Source of the DNA: an uncultured archaeon
GTDB taxonomy: Archaea; Asgardarchaeota; Jordiarchaeia; Jordiarchaeales; Jordiarchaeaceae
Direction: 5' to 3'
Length of the DNA: 28,593 nt
Assembly: GCA_964510585.1 (NCBI GenBank)
Contig: CAZECW010000054.1
Span: forward strand, 1-28,593
Shown piece by piece: positions 17,019 to 25,606 of the stretch (position 1 is its first letter; every line of letters starts with the position of its first letter). A program made the position numbers and the translations under genes. The notes under the pieces are model-generated. The model was not told the origin of the DNA. It saw nothing but the letters and a program-made list of their open reading frames with translations, and searched no databases.

Positions 17019-17285
17019 CTACAGAGGCGGTCCTCCAGAAGGTGGGGGAAGGAAGGAATACTTGTCCTCCCGCCGCCTTTTTTCGGGACTGTCTTTAGGT
17101 ACCTCTTGTGTTGACTTGTCCGAAGAACTCCTTTTGGTGTCAAGTCCCAGCTTCTTCATGCGTCTCAAAATTGTGGTCTCAGATACTCCAAGCCTTTCAG
17201 CGATTTGCCTTACGGTTAATCCCTTGCTGTATAACCGTTTGAGCTCTTCTTCAGTAAACTTTCTACTTGACGCCACTGTTAACAC
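17019..17285 (-). CDS. Small helix-turn-helix protein heading the left operon
   Basis: FTEEELKRLYSKGLTVRQIAERLGVSETTILRRMKKLGL. GTG at 17276 is an alternative start. Confidence 0.85.
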   Translation of the reverse strand: MLTVASSRKFTEEELKRLYSKGLTVRQIAERLGVSETTILRRMKKLGLDTKRSSSDKSTQEVPKDSPEKRRREDKYSFLPPPSGGPPL

Positions 17286-17291
17286 CTGAGA

Positions 17292-17320
17292 ATTTTGGAG
17301 GCCAAAATATCCTTTATAAA
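17292..17320 (-). promoter_or_regulatory. TATA box (TTTATAAA, 17313-17320) with downstream inverted repeat ATTTTGG-AGG-CCAAAAT (17292-17308)
   Basis: Sits at canonical distance from the HTH start; the inverted repeat lies around the expected transcription start. Confidence 0.6.
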
Positions 17321-18089
17321 TACATAGTATTGCCTCAAAGCGGCTCTATTTCAACCATTTTAGGGGAATTTTTTGTCTTTTATTAACTTTTAAAGAATTT
17401 TTTTCCTTCTTTCAAAATTTTTTACCAAAATTTTGTATTATTCCCTATTAGGAGCCAAAATAACACCTTTTTTCAATTAAAAAATTTGAGTGGAAAATAC
17501 CCAGAAAATATACTGTGCAAAAAATATCCAAAAACAGCCCTAAAAACGCTATAAAAATGTACAACTACAAAAAAGTAGCTTGTCGCAAACCACTCTTCAA
17601 AACCATAAAAAAGGCCAAAAAAGCTCTATATTTTCCGCATCTTCTTTCTCTGATTTTCCGGTGTGCTACAAATGTTTGCTGACCTAAAGGTGACAATAAT
17701 ATATACTTTTAGGGGCATTTTTTGAACATTTTTTGTACTAGCCGATTCAATTAGCCAAAACCAAGCCCCTGCAAGAGGGTGAAAAAAGGAATTATAAAAA
17801 ATTAAAAATAAAAAAAGATAAAAAAATGACATAAAAAAAGGAAATAAGACAAAAAATTTTCCAAAACAAAAAAATAAAACAAAAAAACACTCAGAAACCA
17901 ATAAAAATCACCTCGGAGAACCAGGCAACAGCCTTTATAAAGGAAAATTAAACCAAACAAAACCAGTGCGGCGCAAAAATAAAGCACAACCTAAAATATC
18001 CACCCCCACCTACTCACCTGCATTCTGCTGCTCAAGCGCCGCACTCCAAAAACAGAAACACGCATCGCTAAAACACAGGAAAAGATCTG

Positions 18090-18362
18090 GTGAACTTGAT
18101 GCCCGAAGTCTATTGTAAGAATTTAAACAAGATGGTTGATGGAGGATACTGCTCCTTTATATGTAACCTTCCAGAAACCGAAAAAAGAATCTTCTACAAC
18201 CCCTTCAGAGGCATAATCGCCGAATGCAACTTTAACGAGGCTCCCCCAAAATCTGAAACCAAAACCACTCCTACCATTACAAAAAAGGGTGAACCAGAAG
18301 AGCCCTTCAAAAATTCTCAATCAATAACTATAAAATCAAAAAAATTTTTGGAGGAAGAATGA
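18090..18362 (+). CDS. Small Cys-containing hypothetical protein
   Basis: YCKNLNK...GYCSFIC...EC pattern. Its 3' end supplies the GGAGG RBS of radA, 4 nt gap. Confidence 0.7.
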   Translation: MNLMPEVYCKNLNKMVDGGYCSFICNLPETEKRIFYNPFRGIIAECNFNEAPPKSETKTTPTITKKGEPEEPFKNSQSITIKSKKFLEEE

Positions 18363-18366
18363 AACA

Positions 18367-19434
18367 TTGGACATAACCAACATTAAGGGTGTAGGACCGG
18401 AAAAAGCCAAAAAACTCATGAATGCCGGCTACAGCACAGTGGAAAGCATCGCCTTCTCCTCACCCAGAGATCTATCCCTAGACTCCGGAATACCAGAAGA
18501 AACCGCCCGAACAATTATCGCCTCCGCCAAGCTAATTATTCGCTCCAAAGAAAACACTAAGGGCGGAAAACTGGTGGAAATCCTCTCCGGTAAAGACGCC
18601 AAAAAAGTCCTGCAAAGCATGGATCACATAACCACCGGAATAAAAGGGCTCGACCGAATATTGGGTGGAGGAATAGAAACCTGTGCAGTAACAGAGTTCT
18701 ATGGACCAGCAAAGGCGGGAAAAACACAGATTTGCCACCAGCTATGCGTCACAGTACAGCTTCCCCGAGAAAAAGGAGGCCTTGAAGCACCAGCCCTCTA
18801 CATAGACACAGAAAGAACAGTCAAATATGACCACATCAAAAGTGTGGCTGAGAGATTCGGCCTGGATCCAGACCTAGCAAGTGACAATGTATTCTACGCC
18901 TACGCTATGAATAGTGAAGCTCTATACGAGCTGGTTCACAAAAATTTGGACGAGGTGGTTCAAAACAGGGGAATCAAACTTGTGGTAGTTGACTGTCTAA
19001 CTGGCCACTTCCGCGCAGAATACTGCGGCAGAGAAAGTCTACCCCTGAGACAACAAAAAATAAACAGAATTATTCACGACCTACTGAGAATTGCGGTGTC
19101 CCACGATTTAGCTGTGGTAGTAACAAACCAAGTGCACTCCCAACCCGACCTGTACGGCAAAAGCGAGAACCCCATAGGCGGACACACAGTAGCCCACGGA
19201 GTCACCTTCAGACTGGGACTGAGCACAAGAAAATACAACATGAGAACTGTAACCGTAGTGGACGCCCCCGCGCTTCCCCCAGACGAAGCCTACTTCGCAA
19301 TAACCTCCAGGGGACTAATTGACATAAACCCCAAGGATTTGAATTCCAAAAGCCCCATCACATTCCCTGGTGAAGGCGAAATAAGAGAAAGAGAAGTAGA
19401 AAGTGTGGAGGAGGCAGAAACCGTTACAGATTAG
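18367..19434 (+). CDS. radA: RadA/Rad51-family recombinase (divergent full-length paralog)
   Basis: N-terminal HhH (IKGVGPEKAKKL), LDRILGGGIET, GKTQICHQL, VQLPREKGGL, YIDTE, LVVVD, FRAEY, RQQK, TNQV, PIGGH. Confidence 0.93.
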   Translation: MDITNIKGVGPEKAKKLMNAGYSTVESIAFSSPRDLSLDSGIPEETARTIIASAKLIIRSKENTKGGKLVEILSGKDAKKVLQSMDHITTGIKGLDRILGGGIETCAVTEFYGPAKAGKTQICHQLCVTVQLPREKGGLEAPALYIDTERTVKYDHIKSVAERFGLDPDLASDNVFYAYAMNSEALYELVHKNLDEVVQNRGIKLVVVDCLTGHFRAEYCGRESLPLRQQKINRIIHDLLRIAVSHDLAVVVTNQVHSQPDLYGKSENPIGGHTVAHGVTFRLGLSTRKYNMRTVTVVDAPALPPDEAYFAITSRGLIDINPKDLNSKSPITFPGEGEIREREVESVEEAETVTD

Positions 19435-19453
19435 AAAATTCCGGTGGTACAGC

Positions 19454-22054
19454 GTGTCTAGACGGGTGATAACATTGACACTACTCTCTCTCATAATTGT
19501 CCTAATGGTTTCCAGCCTCTTTGCAGGTCTCACCACGTCAATCAGTTACCAGTCCAAACCCATAAACGAAGTGAAACCTGTTTACGCTGCCAAATCTGCG
19601 GTGAGTGTTGCCTATCTTACAAATCAATCCACTCCCTTAAAATGGGAGAAATATTTTACAAATGGTTCCAGTCAAGCTAACCTGCAGAATACAATTGGTT
19701 TCCTCTCCTCCCTGGGCACTCGTCACACATCACAGACGGAGTGTAACACTTCTGCAGATTATATTTTTGCAGCTCTTCAATCCTATGGCTACCTGCCCTT
19801 AAGAGACTATTTCTCTGTTATTTGGCAAAATGTGTCCTACATTACCCAAAACATCTACTGTGTTAAGCCCTCCACTTCTCAAGAAATAATCCTTCTTGTC
19901 TGCCATTATGACTCTATAAGAGTCCTAAGAATAGGGGACACGATTTTGGGACTCCAAAACACAAATTGTCCCGGAGCGGTTGACGATGCTGCGGGGGTGG
20001 CGATACTTTTAGAGACCGCCCGACTGCTATATAATGTGAGCCTTGAGAAAACCATTGTTTTCGCTTTTCTGAGCGGAGAGGAGGGAAACAGCACCCAGGA
20101 ACACTGGTTCGGCTCACAGCAACTAGTGACCCAAGGATACCACTTATTCACCACTCAAATTTCAAACATAAAAAGAGTAGTTTACCTAGACACTATTGGA
20201 GAGCTCCCCTACGGCGAGGCAAATGGGCAAATAGTAATATTTTCGGAACCAACACTATGGACACATAAAAGTTCACTTATAGGCGCAGCCACCGATCTCG
20301 GAATAAATATACTTTCTGAAAACGTTCCCCGAGCTAACTCCATTTCCCAAGCTAAAAAGGAATTCTGCTCAGAATGGCACCTACAATCAGTGCTACCCAC
20401 AATAACTATCTCCCAAACTAACTGGACTCTCACCACAAGCGATAGGCTCACCCAACTTGACACCGCCTCCATAATAAGTTACACTCTTATTGAAAATGTA
20501 GCCAAAATTCTCACCGCCTCACTGGTAAGAGAATTCTTCGCACTCCCACCAAGCTCCCCCAGCCATGCGTATGAGTGGAGCGAACTCTTAAAATTCTATT
20601 CAATCGGAGTTACCTTCTTTGAGCAAGACTACATAGACTACTTATCACACCCCAGTTCAAGCGTGGTAATAATTGGACCGGGATTGAACTTTTCAGAAAA
20701 AGAACTCCAAGCCCTAGTCGCCATAAATAAGCCCCTCATATGTACTGGGAACAGTGGTATAGATCTACTTGGAGGCTTAGGCGCACAATTAACCAGCAGT
20801 CCAAGCAACACTAATTACGTTAACCTCTCAAGAGTAGATTTGTTCTACCACCCAATATGGGAAAATGTTGAGGAAAACGTCACCGTTGCAATCAATCATG
20901 GTGAAACAATTCTCATCACCGTTGGAAGCAGCTTTTTCTCATTTCTGGAATACCAGGATAAATGTTGGCTGGGCTGCTATTACGGGCATCCCTCCTCCAA
21001 GTATGTTTTTTACGTGGGGCGGGACAATCCCGCTAATCTCAGCGGCGAAGCAAAACACATTCTTAGTAATCTTGTTTCTTGGTGCTCCAAACAGGAGGAG
21101 TACCATCTGCAGCTTCAACCCTCAAAAATTGTGGGTGGGCAAAAAACAAATCTCACTATGGCTGTGAGAAACGCTCTCAGCTGGGAGGTTGTAGGGGCAG
21201 CCTCTTTTATGGTGAGCATCACCCAGAATGGTGAGCAAATATTTCAAGGTGTTGTGCCAACAATAAATGGTTATTTCACTGTAGAAGTCACACTAAAGGT
21301 GGGAAAATGTGTCCTCTCTGCCTCAAGCGGCATAATTTCTGCAACTAGAGAAGTTGGCGTAATCCCTCCCTTTAACGTTCAAATGTTTTATCCTCCCACC
21401 TCGACTCAGGATGAGTATTTGCTTTTAGCTGTGATGCTAGAGAGCTCATCTTCCCAAGACCAACATCTTCAATTATTCATACCCGAGCTTCGGGTTTATA
21501 CTCAGGTCCATCTTCCTCCAAATGGTTCAGTAATAATATATATTCCCGCAGTCTATACTCCATCGTCTCCCTATGACCAAGGTATTCATCTTTTCACGGC
21601 TATAGTTCAAGGCTATTGTTCAAGCGTTTTAGTCTTCCCGATAGCCATTTCCCCATCACTTAGAAGCACTGTTTTTGGATACGTCCTCCCCTTTGCCGCC
21701 TTACTGGCCTGCAGCATTCTTTCCTACAGAAGAGTATTCCACGTTAAGCCACCGAAGGAGATTCAGCTCAGGGAGGCTAAGAGAAGGGAGAGAAGAAAAT
21801 TCTTTGAGGGACGCATCTTAGAAAATCCAGAAGATGTTGAAATACTGATAAAGTATCTTAGGGAGGCGGGTTTCGTGGAGATGGGTGAAAACCGATTCTA
21901 CGATTCCCAAGCCATAGTTGAGATAAAAAACAAAGAGGAGAACTCCATTGTCAGAATCTTCTCCTCCCAAAGAGATTTCTATGAACATTTACAATTGAAG
22001 TTGGAGGAGTGGGGAAGCCAATCTCAAGGAGGTACTTGGAGTGATGTGGGATGA
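19454..22054 (+). CDS. Membrane-anchored surface protein with M28-peptidase-like domain, GATase-like domain, Ig-like region, C-terminal TM and cytoplasmic tail
   Basis: CHYDS, GAVDDAAG, SGEEG and YLDTIG are M28 motifs. Signal segment RRVITLTLLSLIIVLMVSSLFA after GTG 19454 (GGTGG upstream). TM VFGYVLPFAALLACSILSY. Confidence 0.88.
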   Translation: MSRRVITLTLLSLIIVLMVSSLFAGLTTSISYQSKPINEVKPVYAAKSAVSVAYLTNQSTPLKWEKYFTNGSSQANLQNTIGFLSSLGTRHTSQTECNTSADYIFAALQSYGYLPLRDYFSVIWQNVSYITQNIYCVKPSTSQEIILLVCHYDSIRVLRIGDTILGLQNTNCPGAVDDAAGVAILLETARLLYNVSLEKTIVFAFLSGEEGNSTQEHWFGSQQLVTQGYHLFTTQISNIKRVVYLDTIGELPYGEANGQIVIFSEPTLWTHKSSLIGAATDLGINILSENVPRANSISQAKKEFCSEWHLQSVLPTITISQTNWTLTTSDRLTQLDTASIISYTLIENVAKILTASLVREFFALPPSSPSHAYEWSELLKFYSIGVTFFEQDYIDYLSHPSSSVVIIGPGLNFSEKELQALVAINKPLICTGNSGIDLLGGLGAQLTSSPSNTNYVNLSRVDLFYHPIWENVEENVTVAINHGETILITVGSSFFSFLEYQDKCWLGCYYGHPSSKYVFYVGRDNPANLSGEAKHILSNLVSWCSKQEEYHLQLQPSKIVGGQKTNLTMAVRNALSWEVVGAASFMVSITQNGEQIFQGVVPTINGYFTVEVTLKVGKCVLSASSGIISATREVGVIPPFNVQMFYPPTSTQDEYLLLAVMLESSSSQDQHLQLFIPELRVYTQVHLPPNGSVIIYIPAVYTPSSPYDQGIHLFTAIVQGYCSSVLVFPIAISPSLRSTVFGYVLPFAALLACSILSYRRVFHVKPPKEIQLREAKRRERRKFFEGRILENPEDVEILIKYLREAGFVEMGENRFYDSQAIVEIKNKEENSIVRIFSSQRDFYEHLQLKLEEWGSQSQGGTWSDVG

Positions 22055-22493
22055 AGAAATAGTAGGTGGGATACTAGGCTCTCTACTAACAGATGGAATC
22101 ATACTGCTCGTTGCATTCCTTTTACTGTTCCTAGTTCTCAAAATCATTATGTTGATACTTGGAGCGGAAGAAAACAGGGTGCTTCCCCTACCCTTATCCG
22201 GGGCTCAATGGTCTGAAAAGACTAATCCATATATTCAAATAGCTGAAGCCTTAGAGGAGGGGGATCAGAGAGCCTTACTCTGGTTAATGAGCCGAAACAC
22301 ACTAAGAAGAAGGATTTTTATTGCTCTAAACTCTTTTGCGGTTGATTTGTTTTTGGGCACTGCATCCCTATTATCCGTCCTGAGCATATACCTCAAAATT
22401 AGAGCCCTCCCAGTTCAAGATTGGATTGTAATCATAATGGCAGCGGCGGCCCTTATTCTCATATGCATCTCATATTGGAGGGTAAAAAGTTGA
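22041..22493 (+). CDS. Small membrane protein (about 3 TM)
   Basis: Three hydrophobic segments; the start overlaps the upstream stop and has GGAGG upstream. Confidence 0.8.
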   Translation: MMWDEEIVGGILGSLLTDGIILLVAFLLLFLVLKIIMLILGAEENRVLPLPLSGAQWSEKTNPYIQIAEALEEGDQRALLWLMSRNTLRRRIFIALNSFAVDLFLGTASLLSVLSIYLKIRALPVQDWIVIIMAAAALILICISYWRVKS

Positions 22494-22594
22494 GAATTAA
22501 AGATGATATGGGACGCCTTCTATTCAAATTTAAGACTCCCAGAACTTACTCTAACGGACTGTTACAAACTTAGAGTTAAAGGAGGTTTAAAGAA

Positions 22595-23479
22595 GTGTCA
22601 ATTGAAAAAATAAAGGCCAAAGCAAAAAGTGTGAAGCCCGGAGAAGTGGAGTATGAAGAAGAAGTTACATTTGACAGCCCCGCCGCCATTGAGTGGTCTG
22701 ATAGAAACGCCAAAATCTTCAGCCCAATAAATGTCGCCAAGTTCATGGTAGTAATCACCGTCTGCATACTTTCCTACATTGTATCCAATGTTTACTTGTC
22801 CTATCCCTACTGGATAATTACAACTGCTGTTTGCACCTATGCCGCGCTCTGTGCAGTTAGCACCAAGGCAGCCTCACCCTTCCTCAAACTATTAAGTCAC
22901 GGAAAGTGGCCTAACAAAGAAAAGTTTTCACTGGTAAACCCCTTACAGGATTTAACCTTTTTCTTTATGAATGGAGAGGAATCCGTACTAATAATGCGTG
23001 ACAGTTACAAGCTAGCAGCCTACGCTATGATGAAGGTTAAGGAAATTCCCCTAAACATTAGAGGCGACTTCAAATACTTCTTCCGAACACTATACCTGCA
23101 AAAACTACCAGTAATCTATTTCGTAGAGAGCAGCCCGGTATCCGAGAAAATCGTGAAATACTTACCGAACATGGAAGAAAAAAGTCAAAAGTACCTAGCC
23201 AAGAAAGACCCATCACGCAGAAAAACATTTCTCTGGGGAGGAGGAGGCATATGGACAACCCGCATAGTTCTAGGAACCAAAAAAGAAATAATAGCACCAG
23301 TAAGACTTGACAGCTCCATTAAAAAACTGGTTGAAGAAGTGAAAATGAACGCCTTTACCCTAGCCACCGCATTTGAGAACTCCTACCCTCACTGCAAAAT
23401 TGAACCCCTAGTGGGCGAATCCCTCCTAGAAGCTACTAAAGCCATGCTCACTGGAGGAGGAGTATCCCATTTTTTCTAA
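22595..23479 (+). CDS. 2-TM protein; probable N-terminal part of a VirB4/HerA-like protein (joined to the next ORF by a -1 frameshift)
   Basis: TM pair at about aa 48-90 and a soluble alpha/beta region. Ends CAT TTT TTC TAA (slippery T TTT TTC); the -1 frame runs open into the next ORF. Confidence 0.82.
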   Translation: MSIEKIKAKAKSVKPGEVEYEEEVTFDSPAAIEWSDRNAKIFSPINVAKFMVVITVCILSYIVSNVYLSYPYWIITTAVCTYAALCAVSTKAASPFLKLLSHGKWPNKEKFSLVNPLQDLTFFFMNGEESVLIMRDSYKLAAYAMMKVKEIPLNIRGDFKYFFRTLYLQKLPVIYFVESSPVSEKIVKYLPNMEEKSQKYLAKKDPSRRKTFLWGGGGIWTTRIVLGTKKEIIAPVRLDSSIKKLVEEVKMNAFTLATAFENSYPHCKIEPLVGESLLEATKAMLTGGGVSHFF

Positions 23480-23505
23480 CAGGACTGGAGGCGGCTCTAA
23501 CATTC

Positions 23506-25044
23506 GTGGATCTCGCAGATTTCATGTCCAAGGGATTAGTGGTTAAACCAGCAGCAGAATTCATCAGCCCCTCCGTAGATTACGACTTATTGCTGGGAAG
23601 AGTAATTGAAACAGAAGTCTACAAGGAAGATGTGGACGTAGGACTAAAATTGGAGCACTTACACAGAGGCATTATGGTGGCGGGAGGAAGCCAGGATGAG
23701 CGTAATGCCACCAACCTAAAAATCATCTTTGAAGCATCCAAATTCTCGTGGAACTACCTAATGGTGGATACAAAGAATCAACTTAGAAGACTAGTGAAGT
23801 TGAACCCCGAAACACGCGTGTACCCCAGCAAAAGTATATGCATAAATCCTCTCGACCCAGAAGACTCAAGCATTTCCGAATACATTTCCCTGCTGCTCCA
23901 ACTATTCCAAATCCTATGGAACCTCACAGACAGGCAGAGCATCTGTTTAAGTGAAGCATTAAGGAGTGTATACGAAAAATACGAGAATGCCACTCCCACC
24001 CTTGAAGATTTGAGAAACGCTTTAATCACCCAGAGTTCTTCCAAACTTAGATCCCCACAGGAGAGAAGCGAAATAGAAGGAGTGATACGTGGGATAACGG
24101 GTTTACTAGTTTCCGAAGAATCTCTAACAATAAATGGCCGCTCCACAATGCCTTTCAGAGAACTCGCAACCAACCCCACAATTATTGAAATAACATCCAA
24201 AGACCGCCATTTTTCGAGCTTCTTTAAATGTTTAATGATAATAAAGGCTCTAGCTACAGATAAGAAAAGGTATTCAATATTTATTGACGACGCCGATGAG
24301 GTTTTCAAAAACATAAGGTTTGGATGGAAAACGCAACAAGTCTATTTCCAGGAATATTTAACAGGATGGGTGGAAGCCATAAAAAGAATGAAGGTGGGGC
24401 TGCACATTTCATCTAGTTTACCCAGACTAATCTACGATCCCATTCGCCCTCTAATAGAAACCCAAATATTCCATAAATTAATTTCAAGCGAAGACATCGA
24501 CGCAGCGGGAAACTTATTAGGCTTGGAGGAACATGCACCGGGCATACACTCCAACAAAAGGGAGAGACTCTACCAGAAAACCTACCTCAAATACCTAAAG
24601 GAGGGAGAAGCCCTTTTCCGCAGACCAGACCTGCCAACCGGATTCCCCATCAAGTTGCACTACCCCACACTAGTATCTTCCACGTCCCCCTCAGACCAAG
24701 AAATAAAATCTAGACTCCAAGAGCTTTATCCCCCCCAAAACGTTAACCCAAAAGAAAGTTTACCATCTACTACGCTTGAGAGAGATTTGAAAAACGAAAG
24801 CAAACACGCCGCAGAAATACTGCAACTACTTCACGAATACCCCCAACTCTCATCAACAAACATAGTGCTAAGCCTAAAGATGGAGATGGAACCAGAAAAA
24901 ATAAGGTACCTTCTCGAAAAGCTCAAGGAACTAGAATATCTCAGGGAAAGACTGGAAGTCTGGAAATCAAAAACAAAAAGAGTATACTCTCTAACGCTAA
25001 AAGGAGAACAATCCCTAAAAGAATACACAGAATCTAGACATTAA
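23506..25044 (+). CDS. HerA/FtsK/VirB4-like P-loop domain with degenerate Walker A, plus C-terminal winged HTH
   Basis: LLLGRV...LEHLHRGIMVAGG, YLMVDTKNQ, ICINPLDP, PTLEDL, SIFIDDAD, IETQIFHKL, LKEGEAL follow the HerA/DUF87-type motif order. Walker A reads GGSQDERN. wHTH LSSTNIVLSLKM...VYSLTLKG. Confidence 0.8.
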   Translation: MDLADFMSKGLVVKPAAEFISPSVDYDLLLGRVIETEVYKEDVDVGLKLEHLHRGIMVAGGSQDERNATNLKIIFEASKFSWNYLMVDTKNQLRRLVKLNPETRVYPSKSICINPLDPEDSSISEYISLLLQLFQILWNLTDRQSICLSEALRSVYEKYENATPTLEDLRNALITQSSSKLRSPQERSEIEGVIRGITGLLVSEESLTINGRSTMPFRELATNPTIIEITSKDRHFSSFFKCLMIIKALATDKKRYSIFIDDADEVFKNIRFGWKTQQVYFQEYLTGWVEAIKRMKVGLHISSSLPRLIYDPIRPLIETQIFHKLISSEDIDAAGNLLGLEEHAPGIHSNKRERLYQKTYLKYLKEGEALFRRPDLPTGFPIKLHYPTLVSSTSPSDQEIKSRLQELYPPQNVNPKESLPSTTLERDLKNESKHAAEILQLLHEYPQLSSTNIVLSLKMEMEPEKIRYLLEKLKELEYLRERLEVWKSKTKRVYSLTLKGEQSLKEYTESRH

Positions 25045-25370
25045 CCAAAACTACACAAAAAATAAAACAGCACCCCACCACAAAAACTCTTCAGCACGAA
25101 ACAAAATAACAATCCCATACAAAGATTCCCCACAACATCCCTGAATAGTATAGAAACCAAAATTTTCCAGAAAATTCCTATCAAGTCACACTCACTCTCG
25201 TCCCTCTCCTCCAACAACTCATAACAGTTTTCCAACAAATTTTCCTTCCCAATTTTAAATAAGCGGAACTATTTAAGAAAAGGTAAATATCCAACTTCTA
25301 AAAATTAGTACTGCAAACTTCTCGTGTTGACTTTTTTGGTAAAATCATTAGCTTTAGTTTAAACCGATAT

Positions 25371-25387
25371 TTCGCAGATTCTGCGAA
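25371..25387. promoter_or_regulatory. Perfect 8-1-8 palindrome, candidate operator
   Basis: TTCGCAGA-T-TCTGCGAA, with a further matching half-site AATCTGCGAA at 25523-25532. Confidence 0.5.
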
Positions 25388-25606
25388 GCTATTTGGGCGA
25401 TTGTGATTTTTCCGTGTGGTTTTGGGTGTATGGTTACGCTTTTCCATCAGCCCCCACCCTCATTTTCTCAAAAACTGGAATGATGGTGATAAACGCTTTG
25501 CAACTCCACTAAAGAATCCCTAAATCTGCGAAAAATGGGTTTAAAATGAAAAGAAACTTTTTTAAAAATAAGAGTGGTGATTTCTTAGAGATTTTTTGAT
25601 GTTTAA

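Noticed and set aside
16991-17289. N-terminal extension of the 667-aa ORF and the antisense 183-aa ORF 16738-17289
   Set aside because: Both overlap the convincing HTH gene; ATG 16990 has an RBS.
17330-18089. Replication origin or small ORFs (17626-17901, 17802-17987) in the long A-rich divergent intergenic region
   Set aside because: No ORB-like repeats recognised and no cdc6/orc1 nearby. The ORFs are low-complexity translations of poly-A/T tracts.
2600-22330. Similarity between LLYYMLRDQTRLVRW (1918-2859 protein) and LLWLMSRNTLRRRIF (22041-22493 protein)
   Set aside because: Too short and compositionally biased to claim homology without a computed alignment.
25041-25238. 65-aa hydrophobic minus-strand ORF
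   Set aside because: Its composition is explained by local skew; no motif or clear RBS.
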